Below, piece by piece: positions 1 to 7,689 of a stretch of 61,291 bases of DNA. Origin of the DNA: a bacterium (GTDB lineage Bacteria; Armatimonadota; Chthonomonadetes; Chthonomonadales; JAMCWF01). A program made the position numbers and the translations under genes. The notes under the pieces were generated by a model. That model searched no databases and had not been told where the DNA came from. It saw nothing but the letters and a program-made list of their open reading frames with translations. Location: the NCBI GenBank assembly GCA_021842405.1, contig JAKBZR010000006.1:1-61291 (forward strand). Reading direction: 5' to 3'. Numbering within the stretch: position 1 is the stretch's first letter; every line of letters begins with the position of its first letter.

Positions 1-58
1 CTAGGGGAATGCTGGGGTGGGCGCGAACAAAAATCACTCCCGCAAAACTGAACTCTTA
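1..58. mobile_element. MITE-A, partial copy cut by the window edge (right terminal inverted repeat only)
   Basis: GCGAACAAAAATCACTCCCGCAAAACTGAACTCTTA matches the right ends of the copies at 38798-38999 and 59628-59825. Confidence 0.6.
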
Positions 59-93
59 CGGCAAAACTTGGTGCTTGACAAAAATCATAGAAT

Positions 94-165
94 CTTCCCC
101 CTAGGAGGGGGAAGGAGTTTAACGGCGGATCGAACGAAAATCATTCCCATAAAACTGAACTCTTT
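94..165 (-). mobile_element. MITE-A, short or truncated copy in inverted orientation
   Basis: The reverse complement (AAAGAGTTCAGTTTTATGGGAATGATTTTCGTTCGATCCGCCGTTAAACTCCTTCCCCCTCCTAGGGGGAAG) aligns with the left third of the copy at 30948-31141. Confidence 0.6.
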
Positions 166-334
166 CGTTTACCCAACCCGATTTTCTCCCTTCGACCATT
201 CATTGATTGCTCGATAATGAATTCTTTATCCCACCGCTCTATCCGATTAGCTCTCTTGAAGTTCCCTTTTTCTATTGTCATACCGCCTTTGAGAGGGTAA
301 CATGTTGATACACAAAATATCGCAAGGAACCTCG

Positions 335-1450
335 ATGAAGCATTGGGAATGTTACGAATGTGAGTATCAACATAATGGGGAGACGCCGCCGCCGCACTGT
401 CCGGTATGCGGCGCTGATGGCGATCAATTCATAGAAACGAATCCATCGGAGCTGGATCAATACGATAAGAAGCTGCTTAATCTACTCCAATGGAGCTTTC
501 CGGTGGTGGAAAGACCCTTCGCTAACCTTGGCGCCGAGCTGGGATTGGATGAAGCAGTTATTATTGGGCGGGTGAAACGGATGAAATCCTCCGCCATCCG
601 TCAAATATCGGCCATTTTTGATTCCAGGAGCTTAGGTTACAAGAGCACCCTGGTCGCCATGAAATTTGACCCGGATCGGGTTGATGCTGGGGCCGCCGTG
701 ATTAACCGCCACCCCGGGGTTAGCCATAACTACCGCCGCAATCACGCCTTCAACCTCTGGTTCACACTGACCCTTCATCGCAGCCAGAGCCTTGAGTCTG
801 AGGTTGATCGGTTGAAATCGGAGTCGGGTGCTGAAAAATCGCTGTTGTTGCCCACCCTCCGCCTTTTTAAAATCGGCGTGAAGCTCGATGTAACCGGGGA
901 GCAGGACGCCGCTCGGCAAGAAGAAGGACCGATCATCAGTGGGATACGCTCCGCTCAGGATTTAACACGGGATGAGATCGCGGCGGTTCGAGTTCTGCAG
1001 CGAGATATGCCGATCGTGGAGCGCCCATTCCAGGCGCTGGCCGCAAAGTACGGCATCCCGCAGGATGTTTTATTCGCATACGCCGCCGATTTCCAAAAAC
1101 GGGGCATTATGCGGCGATTCAGCGCCGTGTTACGCCATCGGAACGCCGGATTTTCAGCGAACGCGATGGGAGTTTGGATCGTGCCTGAAGAAAAGCTGGA
1201 AGACGTGGGGAGCCTTATTGCTCGCTACGCCTCGGTGAGTCACTGCTATCAGCGACCAAGCTATCCGCCCGATTGGCCCTACAACCTATTTTCGATGGTG
1301 CATGGCCGCACTACTGGCGACTGCGAAACCGTCTTGGGTGAAATCTCAAAAAAAACCGGCATCGAAAATTTCACTATGCTTTACAGCACCAAGGAGTACA
1401 AAAAAGTGCGGGTTAAATACTTCCCGGATGGCTTTAATCCATCCAACTGA
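335..1450 (+). CDS. Siroheme decarboxylase-like NirDL/AhbAB-type fusion protein with an N-terminal rubredoxin-like zinc ribbon
   Basis: The ORF is 302..1450; the ATG at 335 has AAGGAA 6 nt upstream. The N-terminus has CxxC-x12-CPxCG knuckles (WECYEC...HCPVCGA). Two tandem AsnC/Lrp-like modules follow, with NirD/L-AhbA/B signatures (HPGVSHNYRR..FNLWFTL; SVSHCYQRP..DWPYNLFSMVHG). Confidence 0.75.
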   Translation: MKHWECYECEYQHNGETPPPHCPVCGADGDQFIETNPSELDQYDKKLLNLLQWSFPVVERPFANLGAELGLDEAVIIGRVKRMKSSAIRQISAIFDSRSLGYKSTLVAMKFDPDRVDAGAAVINRHPGVSHNYRRNHAFNLWFTLTLHRSQSLESEVDRLKSESGAEKSLLLPTLRLFKIGVKLDVTGEQDAARQEEGPIISGIRSAQDLTRDEIAAVRVLQRDMPIVERPFQALAAKYGIPQDVLFAYAADFQKRGIMRRFSAVLRHRNAGFSANAMGVWIVPEEKLEDVGSLIARYASVSHCYQRPSYPPDWPYNLFSMVHGRTTGDCETVLGEISKKTGIENFTMLYSTKEYKKVRVKYFPDGFNPSN

Positions 1451-1508
1451 GATTTTACCGGCAGAAGGATCCTCTTATCAGTCGAATTGAACATCAGATA
1501 TCACTGGG

Positions 1509-1733
1509 ATGAACGCCGCTCAAGTCGCAACCGTTACGGTCATACTGGGCTCGCTGTGCTTTGTCGCCTGGGGACGCAGCCGTTTCGGGCGGGAACGCCT
1601 TACGCGCCTATGGGGTCCACCATCCATTTCCAAAGGCTCCCGACCGAAACGTAAAAAAATGAACCCGCTCCCTCCCAAGAAAAAACCGGCTGGGCGATCC
1701 AAGACCACCACTTCAAGAGGGAGCCGGCGATGA
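1509..1733 (+). CDS. Hypothetical small protein: one TM helix plus a Lys/Arg/Pro-rich tail
   Basis: The 74-aa ORF has a stop codon overlapping the ATG of the next gene (ATGA at 1730-1733), which suggests coupling. No homology was recognised. Confidence 0.3.
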   Translation: MNAAQVATVTVILGSLCFVAWGRSRFGRERLTRLWGPPSISKGSRPKRKKMNPLPPKKKPAGRSKTTTSRGSRR

Positions 1734-2443
1734 GCGCATTTATGGTTAGAGCTGGTCGCTCTATTCGCAAGATTATACTGTGGGTGGCACTGTGTGCGGT
1801 TGCACTGGCGATTGCATCACCACTGCTTGCATGGCGAACCTACGAGCTGGATCGGGTGGAGTGCTTGAGCAATCTGCGCCGGATCTCGGAGGCGCTGCTG
1901 CTTTACGCTCAGGATCACAACGGCTGCCTGATGCCGCCCGATTACTCGACACCGCACGGTTACCGAACTTGGGTGGACATCTCTCGTTCGTATCTAGGTC
2001 AGCGGGGACTGAATACGTGCCCGGCCAACCCGGCGCCGCACTGCATTCAAGCGATTCACCACTTTCCCTACCCGCACAGCTACGCGTTGAACAAACGGTT
2101 CTGGAACGTATTTTTTAAGGGGCCGTTTCCGCTGGATAATTTGGAGCTAGCCGATCAGACCGCCCTCCTGGTCGAAAGCGGCCCAATCCGGGGCCGGCCG
2201 GCTGGAAAGACCTGTGAATCGCTCGATTTTTACTGGGACACCGCCTGGTGGCCGCAAGCCTACCCGTCACCCCACAATGGCAAAATGAATGTGGTCGCCG
2301 CCGATGGCCACGCTGTGACCCTAAAGGTCGCCCACTACGCCTCGAGCCATCATAATGCGCTGTACGGTAGATTGGGCGGCCGGATTTTTAACTGGAACGG
2401 CGGGCATCCCAATGGAGATACCGGAAGCGCCCCTTACGAATAG
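1730..2443 (+). CDS. DUF1559 / H-X9-DG family protein (prepilin-associated family) without a canonical prepilin leader
   Basis: ECLSNLRRISEALLLYAQDHNG matches the DUF1559 core. There is an exact H-X9-DG motif (HNGKMNVVAADG). The N-terminus is a plain TM helix, not G-FTLIE. Confidence 0.8.
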   Translation: MSAFMVRAGRSIRKIILWVALCAVALAIASPLLAWRTYELDRVECLSNLRRISEALLLYAQDHNGCLMPPDYSTPHGYRTWVDISRSYLGQRGLNTCPANPAPHCIQAIHHFPYPHSYALNKRFWNVFFKGPFPLDNLELADQTALLVESGPIRGRPAGKTCESLDFYWDTAWWPQAYPSPHNGKMNVVAADGHAVTLKVAHYASSHHNALYGRLGGRIFNWNGGHPNGDTGSAPYE

Positions 2444-2469
2444 CCGATCCTCTTTGCAAAAAATGAACT

Positions 2470-2498
2470 GGCCGCCACTTGACTAACAAATGGCGGCC
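2470..2498 (+). terminator. Candidate hairpin terminator after the H-X9-DG gene
   Basis: GGCCGCCA-N13-TGGCGGCC is an 8-bp stem, followed by a weak T-run (CACGTGATTTTG). Confidence 0.35.
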
Positions 2499-2526
2499 CA
2501 CGTGATTTTGATGGTTATTGAAAAAT

Positions 2527-2700
2527 TCGCTGGAGCCCGCCGATTCGTCATTCCCGCATGGCTCCACTCCAGTGGAGTGGATGGCGGGAATCCAGTCCCC
2601 TGCCTAGCGATAGGCTGGGAGGCCGATGGTCTGGATTCCAGGTTCCGTTTTGCAGCTCCGGAATGATGACCGGGTGGGTGTTACCATTTTTTCAACATCT
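2527..2700. mobile_element. MITE-B copy 1
   Basis: It shares CCCGCC..TTCGTCATTCCCGCATGGCTCCACTCCAGTGGAGTGGATGGCGGGAATCC ... GGAATGATGACCGGGTGG..TTTTTCAACATC with the copies at 11909 and 35519. The inner inverted repeat is CGTCATTCCCGC / CCGGAATGATGAC. Confidence 0.65.
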
Positions 2701-2702
2701 TC

Positions 2703-3725
2703 TCAAGAGGCCGATATGCTTACCGGCTTCCCGGTTTCCAGCGATTTATTGGCGGCCAAGGTAAGCTCCAGCGTGCGAGCGGCATCCGGATAGGGGGACT
2801 GGATGGCAGATGCGTCTCCGGTGCGCACCGCGCTGATGAACACCTCGTCCTCCACTCCGAATATATCGGGTTCTCCTTTGATCTCTTCGACACCCTCAAC
2901 TCCCTTCCGACGAATGACCACCGAGTGCTCCCAGCCGGTGTATTGGAGGGTCGTATCATGCGAGTAGAGATTCAAAGAGACTCCCCCACCCCCGCCATTT
3001 GCAGCACAGGTGGACATCAGGTTGGCCACCCCGCCGCTTTTCAGCAAGATGTTGACCGTGCTTGCGTCATCAATGTCGTACATGTAAACGTTTTTGTTGA
3101 AGCCGTGTGCGCCGTGCGCAAAAACCTCAACCGCCTCACCGCAGAGATAGCGAAGCACGTCGAAGGTGTGGGTGCACTGCTCAACGATTTGGCCGCCGCT
3201 TTTTGATTTTTGAACCCACCAGGATTTGATGCTATCATCCCCGGGCTGCGGGCTCGGCGAGCCGCCGATCCATCCGCCGAAGACCAGCGCCGCCGGATCA
3301 TTTTGCAACAACTCTCTACCCCGGTGCAACGATTTGCGGTAGCGATTCATATAGCCGGCGCAGGAGATGATTTTCTGCCGCTCCACCTCCTGGGCGATCT
3401 CTCGCGTGAGGGCAAGGTCCAGTCCGATCGGCTTTTCAATGAAAAAGGGGATTTTCCGCTCGATCGCTTCTCGCTCTGGCTCTCCATGCGCAAATGGCGG
3501 CAGCAAGAGATAGAGCGCATCCATCTCAACCGAATCCAGCATCTCGGCCGGCGTGTCGAAAGCTTTGGCGTGATGCTCGGCCGCCAGCTTATCCGCTTTA
3601 TACCGCATCGGATCACAGAAGGCGGTGATCTCCACTCCTTCCATCTTGGTGAGATAGGGTAAGTGCGCTTTCGCCATTCCGCCGCTGCCAACGAGCCCTA
3701 ATCGTACTTTCTTTGGCATTACCAA
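2703..3725 (-). CDS. Gfo/Idh/MocA family NAD(P)-dependent oxidoreductase
   Basis: It has an N-terminal Rossmann motif (KVRLGLVGSGGMAKAHL), an EKP motif (FFIEKPIGL), and the length and layout typical of the family. Confidence 0.9.
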   Translation of the reverse strand: MVMPKKVRLGLVGSGGMAKAHLPYLTKMEGVEITAFCDPMRYKADKLAAEHHAKAFDTPAEMLDSVEMDALYLLLPPFAHGEPEREAIERKIPFFIEKPIGLDLALTREIAQEVERQKIISCAGYMNRYRKSLHRGRELLQNDPAALVFGGWIGGSPSPQPGDDSIKSWWVQKSKSGGQIVEQCTHTFDVLRYLCGEAVEVFAHGAHGFNKNVYMYDIDDASTVNILLKSGGVANLMSTCAANGGGGGVSLNLYSHDTTLQYTGWEHSVVIRRKGVEGVEEIKGEPDIFGVEDEVFISAVRTGDASAIQSPYPDAARTLELTLAANKSLETGKPVSISAS

Positions 3726-3865
3726 GCCTCCAGTGTGTTAAGTTTTGGTTTAAAATTGACCAGGCCGTATCCATAAAAATCATGGTCAAGTACACCGCAC
3801 ATCCGTTTATATCCTGCTCCATTTCAACCGCTAATGGCTTAAAACTCAATTTTTTCCAGAATTGC

Positions 3866-3894
3866 TTGACAATCAAGAAATAAGGGGCTAGTAT
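3866..3894 (+). promoter_or_regulatory. Sigma70-type promoter candidate for the 3946 gene
   Basis: TTGACA (3866-3871), a 17-nt spacer, then TAGTAT (3889-3894), about 50 nt upstream of the start codon. Confidence 0.45.
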
Positions 3895-3945
3895 TCATTT
3901 GGTGCGTTCGGCCTATATCATATAACCCGCTAACGGGGGCGTAGG

Positions 3946-5955
3946 GTGATGGGATCGTTCAAAATTTTCCAATCCTGGTTGGTCATTGCAGCGCTGGCTG
4001 CGCTGGCCGCACTGACCGCACTACTGATCTCACCGGCCACCCGATGGATCGTGGTCGCTCAGTCGGAAGTACTGTCCAAATCATGGGTTTTGGGTGAAAA
4101 TGAACTTCCTAAAGTTCCGGCTTTTGTGTCGGTGCCCAATATTTTTAACACCTCGGCCGGTCTAACTCGGAAAAATCCAAAATGGTATGACCGCTCGTTA
4201 AGCCGGGTGATCGAGCAACATCAGAACGATGTCCAGCTTCAATCGGCCTGTATCTTTGCCAGAGCCACGTTACCCTATCCCTGGAAAAATTACCCGCCGT
4301 GGAAAATAAGCGGGCCGCATTATAACTGGCCACACAAGTTAAAATTGCCGATCTCCACCTCCTGGACTCCACCCAACATCCCGACGCCGACGCTCCAGGC
4401 GTTGCGTGAACTACTGAAACGCTTTCCGCAAAACCCATCTCTTATAGCAGCGACACTATCGTTCGCCGCGCCGGATCAGGTTGAGCCGGAATGGGGCCGA
4501 ACACAACCAGTAAATGACGATATCGAGGAGCCAATAACGACCCTCGGTCCCGGCCCAAACCGGCGCTGGCTCGACTGGCTGAATCGGCTGGCGGCCAAGG
4601 GCGAAAAGCTGGATCCGGTCAACGCTCTCTACCCGGCCATGCGCGCCGCAATCCTGTTTACGTTTCACCGGGACACTGCGGCGGCGAAGATGTTGCTGCG
4701 AGTTTCAAAATGCTCCCAATGGGATTCCGGTCGGCAGTATATCTTGCGGGGGGAAACCCGACTTGCATATGCTGCGTTCGGTAAACGCAGCATCGTGGCG
4801 GCTCTAAGCACTTTGACTTCAGGGCTTGATTTAGGTAGCGATGACGCAATCATTCTTCGCTCAACGGCACGGATGGGGGTCTCGGAGGCGATATTGGCAC
4901 AGCGGAATGGTGATCTAAAGAATAGTATTGCAATCCGTCATGCCGTTTTTAATCTTGGCCGGTTGATGTGCATAAGATCTCACCGTCTCCTCGACATTAT
5001 GGTTGGTTGGGCGATTAGTGGGATTGCATTGTCTGAGCCGGACGGTCACTATCATCCATCACCTATAAAAATTTCCGGTATGGCGCATAGCAAACTATTG
5101 GCGGTTCAATATACCGGCTATCTTCGGAAAATGGGTTACCCGGTGGAGGCGGCCTGGGTGGAGCACGAGTCGGCTGCAGTTGATAAATTGAACTCCCAAA
5201 TAGTTCAGATCTTTCGTAAACACAACTTGGTGGGAATGGAGACGCTCCTCAATCTGATGTTTCTGTGGACGGCTGGTGGTATCATTATCGGCATGGCGAT
5301 CTGGCTATTGATTTTGGGCGGGGCCGCAGCGCTCCTGACCCGTCTGCGTTCGGCGCGAGGGGATCGTCCGATTCGGTCGGTAGTGTATTTGGTCGGGCTG
5401 ATATATATCGCATCGTTCTTCCTACCCCAAATACCGCTCGTTTCAACGGTTGTCGGGTCAATCGAGGTCGTAATAGTTCTTTGGTTCTTGCTCGCACTGG
5501 TCATCGGGGCAATTGGAGCGTTTATCTGCAAGCACCCACTACTTCAAGACACCGGCTTACTGTTGCTGGATGTTACTTTTATCGAAATTGCAATCGGGCT
5601 GTTTTTGCTGTCACTTGCCATTATTGCATTCATTGTCTACCTAGCAATTGCCGGTTATTTTGCGAAATTTCACCTGAGCATCGGCCTCGTTTTATTCTAT
5701 TTCGTGGCGACGGTTATTCCTTTTGCCATGTTCCTCTGGAATACGATCGCGAGCTGGCGGAAGCGAACGTCCTTTACGGTCGGTCAAATTAACGGGTTGC
5801 GGCAATTCGCGCTGCCGCTGGCGTGCCTGTTGATCCTATGTTACGGTGGGTCGGTGCTTATCACCCAGCAGCATGAGCGCCGTGCACGAATTCAGTTTAA
5901 TCAAATACTCACCAATGAGACTCGGTTCTACCTCACTCATTTCGGTCGAGGTTAG
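3946..5955 (+). CDS. Large polytopic membrane protein of unknown function (paralog of 31604..33258)
   Basis: The 669-aa ORF has an N-terminal TM helix, a helical soluble region of about 400 aa, and about 6 C-terminal TM helices. There is clear paralogy to the second locus (AIRHAVFNLGRLM / AIRHAVVYLGGLL; INGLRQFALPLACLLILCYGGSVL / VNGFHRFAIPFACLTLLAYGGVVL). Confidence 0.8.
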   Translation: MMGSFKIFQSWLVIAALAALAALTALLISPATRWIVVAQSEVLSKSWVLGENELPKVPAFVSVPNIFNTSAGLTRKNPKWYDRSLSRVIEQHQNDVQLQSACIFARATLPYPWKNYPPWKISGPHYNWPHKLKLPISTSWTPPNIPTPTLQALRELLKRFPQNPSLIAATLSFAAPDQVEPEWGRTQPVNDDIEEPITTLGPGPNRRWLDWLNRLAAKGEKLDPVNALYPAMRAAILFTFHRDTAAAKMLLRVSKCSQWDSGRQYILRGETRLAYAAFGKRSIVAALSTLTSGLDLGSDDAIILRSTARMGVSEAILAQRNGDLKNSIAIRHAVFNLGRLMCIRSHRLLDIMVGWAISGIALSEPDGHYHPSPIKISGMAHSKLLAVQYTGYLRKMGYPVEAAWVEHESAAVDKLNSQIVQIFRKHNLVGMETLLNLMFLWTAGGIIIGMAIWLLILGGAAALLTRLRSARGDRPIRSVVYLVGLIYIASFFLPQIPLVSTVVGSIEVVIVLWFLLALVIGAIGAFICKHPLLQDTGLLLLDVTFIEIAIGLFLLSLAIIAFIVYLAIAGYFAKFHLSIGLVLFYFVATVIPFAMFLWNTIASWRKRTSFTVGQINGLRQFALPLACLLILCYGGSVLITQQHERRARIQFNQILTNETRFYLTHFGRG

Positions 5956-6085
5956 ATTGCAGCGGTCAGCTTTCAGTTCCGGCTTCCGGACTGTCCGCTG
6001 ACAACTGATCGCTGAGGGCCAACCGGATTGACTCATTCCAGACTTAGGAACTATACTTTATTATTAAAAATATTGCGCAGAAATG

Positions 6086-6298
6086 AAAGAGTTCAGTTTT
6101 GTGGGAGTGATTTTCGACCGCATTGATCGCACCCCCCCACCCTGGCCCTCCCCCGCGAGGGGGGAGGGCGTCATTGCGAGCGAAGCGAAGCAATCTCCTT
6201 CACCGGTCCTCTCTTAGGATTGGGAAAAGAGTTATCTGCCTGGCACAGGCAGGTAGTGAGGGACTCCTGCCTAAATTGCCCAGAGAACTGAACTCTCG
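6086..6298. mobile_element. MITE-A variant 2, flanked by a near-perfect 10-bp duplication
   Basis: Left end is AAAGAGTTCAGTTTTGTGGGAGTGATTTTCG and right end is CCCAGAGAACTGAACTCTCG. The flanks are CGCAGAAATG (6076-6085) and CGCTGAAATA (6299-6308), matching 8/10. The interior carries the GTCATTGCGAGCGAAGCGAAGCAATCTC module. Confidence 0.75.
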
Positions 6299-6310
6299 CG
6301 CTGAAATACC

Positions 6311-7441
6311 ATGAAACTGATAGATCCCTTCAACCGTAAAATAGACTACTTGCGGGTGAGCGTCACCGATCGCTGTAATTTTCGCTGCATCTACTGCATG
6401 CCGGAGGAGGGAATATCGGTTGCCCCGAAGGAGAATATCTTAACTTATGAAGAGATCGAGCGGCTCGTCAGCGTGGCGGCAAGCCTGGGGATGTGCCGAA
6501 TTCGCATTACCGGTGGCGAGCCGCTGGTTCGCCGCGATATCGTGGAGCTCGTCCAAAAAGTGGCTGCCACACCGGGCATTCAAGAGACCACATTGACGAC
6601 CAACGGAATGTTGTTGGCTCAGTACGCTCAGAGCCTAGCGCAAGCCGGTCTTCAACGGGTGAACGTCAGCCTGGATACATTAAAGCCGGGCCGATTTCAG
6701 CGCATCGCCCGCCGCGGCAGCCTGGAAGTCGTATTGAATGGGATTGACGCCGCCTATGAAGCCGGGCTGCGGCCTTTAAAAATCAATATGGTCGTTATGA
6801 GAAACATCAATGACGATGAGATTACCGACTTTGCGGAGCTGGTTCGCCATCGCCCGTTCGATATCCGTTACATCGAGATGATGCCGATCAACTGGTCGGA
6901 TGACGAGGTGGTTTCGCCATTCCTGACCGATAGCTTGTTCAAACGAAATGGCTCTCAACCGTCCCAGTACCCAAACTCAAACGCTCCGACCATCCGCCTG
7001 CTATGCAAACAGCCGGAATCCAGTCCGCCTCTCGGAATGCTCGATGCCGTACAATTGAGACGGCTTTTCGTGCCAACCAAGGAGATCAGGGAGCGCATTG
7101 AGTCGCGTTGCGGCCCTCTGTCTGCAACCATGATTAAGACAAATGGGCCGGCCCGAACTTTTCGATACGCCGGTGCCGTGGGTACCATCAGCTTTATCAG
7201 CCAGATTACGAACGCTAACTGCCAGGCATGCAACCGCTTGCGGCTGACAGCCGATGGTTTTCTACGCCCATGTTTGATGGCAAACGGTGAGATTAACCTG
7301 CGTGATCCGATCCGCAGCGGCGCTAGCGATGAAAAGCTGACCGAACTCTTCCGAACGGTGGTATTCCATAAGCCAAAAGAGCATTACGTCGAAGAAGGGT
7401 TGCTGCCGGTGGGAAGAAATATGAATCAGATCGGCGGTTGA
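6311..7441 (+). CDS. moaA: GTP 3',8-cyclase MoaA (radical SAM, molybdenum cofactor biosynthesis)
   Basis: It has YLRVSVTDRCNFRCIYCMP (a CxxxCxxC cluster), a C-terminal Cys cluster (CQACNRLRLTADGFLRPCL) and a terminal Gly-Gly. It is about 45 aa longer than usual because of an internal insertion. Confidence 0.92.
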   Translation: MKLIDPFNRKIDYLRVSVTDRCNFRCIYCMPEEGISVAPKENILTYEEIERLVSVAASLGMCRIRITGGEPLVRRDIVELVQKVAATPGIQETTLTTNGMLLAQYAQSLAQAGLQRVNVSLDTLKPGRFQRIARRGSLEVVLNGIDAAYEAGLRPLKINMVVMRNINDDEITDFAELVRHRPFDIRYIEMMPINWSDDEVVSPFLTDSLFKRNGSQPSQYPNSNAPTIRLLCKQPESSPPLGMLDAVQLRRLFVPTKEIRERIESRCGPLSATMIKTNGPARTFRYAGAVGTISFISQITNANCQACNRLRLTADGFLRPCLMANGEINLRDPIRSGASDEKLTELFRTVVFHKPKEHYVEEGLLPVGRNMNQIGG

Positions 7442-7686
7442 TCATGCATATCGGTCCACCAGTTTGGCCTAAGATTTTGTTTGGAATTGGGCTGCTTTTC
7501 TGCTTGCTCGGGTTGATTGGTCATCTCTGGGTGCGCTCGGGCTTGCCGAACCCCGGCTCGCTGCCCGGCGATATGAGCTGGCGCCGCGGCGGTTTTTCAT
7601 TTTATTTCCCGCTTGGAACCAGCATATTGATCAGCATCGTCCTGACGCTGGTTCTGTGGCTGATCAGCGCCACCTTGCGCCGGTAA
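7438..7686 (+). CDS. DUF2905-like small membrane protein
   Basis: The 82-aa ORF has two TM helices and the LPGDMSWRRGGFSFYFPLGTSILISIVLTLVLW pattern typical of DUF2905. The start overlaps the moaA stop; the ATG at 7444 is an alternative start. Confidence 0.7.
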   Translation: MIMHIGPPVWPKILFGIGLLFCLLGLIGHLWVRSGLPNPGSLPGDMSWRRGGFSFYFPLGTSILISIVLTLVLWLISATLRR

Positions 7687-7689
7687 ATA

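Noticed and set aside
17-217. Track ORFs lying inside or across repeat elements (17..217, 6123..6314, 16394..16597, 30944..31126, 30969..31205, 35453..35731, 35535..35768, 38569..38856, 38819..39115, 2558..2764).
   Set aside because: Their 'proteins' (PPRGGR.., GEGLGWG.., SLRAKRSNL..) are translations of G/C hairpins and inverted repeats. The same DNA is read in different frames and strands in different copies. None has a ribosome-binding site.
5956-6310. A Moco (molybdenum cofactor) riboswitch upstream of moaA.
   Set aside because: Almost the whole interval is accounted for by the MITE-A copy (6086-6298) and its flanks. I could not see the conserved Moco-motif elements. Only a covariance-model scan could exclude it formally.
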